Both the position numbers and the translations under genes were made by a program. DNA of 55,732 nucleotides from an uncultured virus (IMG/VR IMGVR_UViG_3300028277_000001) (taxonomy: Duplodnaviria; Heunggongvirae; Uroviricota; Caudoviricetes), in the IMG/VR virus record IMGVR_UViG_3300028277_000001, positions 62,001-117,732 of that record; one strand, given 5' to 3'. Below, piece after piece: positions 55,730 through 55,732 of this stretch (positions are counted from its first letter, which is position 1; every line of letters begins with the position of its first letter). A model generated the notes under the pieces. The model worked only from the letters and a program-made list of their open reading frames with translations. It was not told the DNA's origin and did no database searches.

Positions 55730-55732
55730 ATT

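Noticed and set aside
1..55732. Stop-codon reassignment as in some large phages
   Set aside because: Genes are full-length and tile the sequence under code 11, with TAA, TGA and TAG all used as stops; no suppressor tRNA seen

Overview
AT-rich fragment of a large T4-like (myovirus-type) bacteriophage genome, with essentially every real gene on the minus strand. The phage call rests on a T4-type RNase H, its usual neighbours (DUF6433-like, PD-(D/E)XK exonuclease, FmdB-like zinc ribbon), short hypothetical genes behind sigma70-type promoters, and 9 CCA-encoding tRNA genes. Positions 1-45.9 kb form one tightly packed, mostly overlapping block of tailoring enzymes. It holds 18 radical SAM genes (17 twitch/SPASM-related, in three architectures, plus one B12-type), 2 stand-alone twitch/SPASM domains, 2 Cys-rich nitroreductases and 2 PLP enzymes. 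It also holds an amidinotransferase, a carbamoyltransferase, a QueC-like PP-loop enzyme, a flavin-dependent halogenase, an adenylate-forming enzyme, several 2OG-Fe(II)/cupin oxygenases and a UDP-sugar dehydrogenase. Many glycosyltransferase-like, methyltransferase-like and SGNH-like genes complete the block. I interpret it (inference) as a phage-encoded biosynthetic or hypermodification cluster, most plausibly acting on a glycan. Signals missed by the ORF track: a promoter-driven ~125-nt structured ncRNA in the tRNA array, a GC-rich 80-nt intergenic hairpin, an internally deleted SGNH pseudogene, a 4-member family of unknown proteins interleaved with the radical SAM genes, a non-canonical tRNA-Glu and a tRNA-Ile(UAU). 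All family assignments come from motif recognition by eye; no database searches were run.
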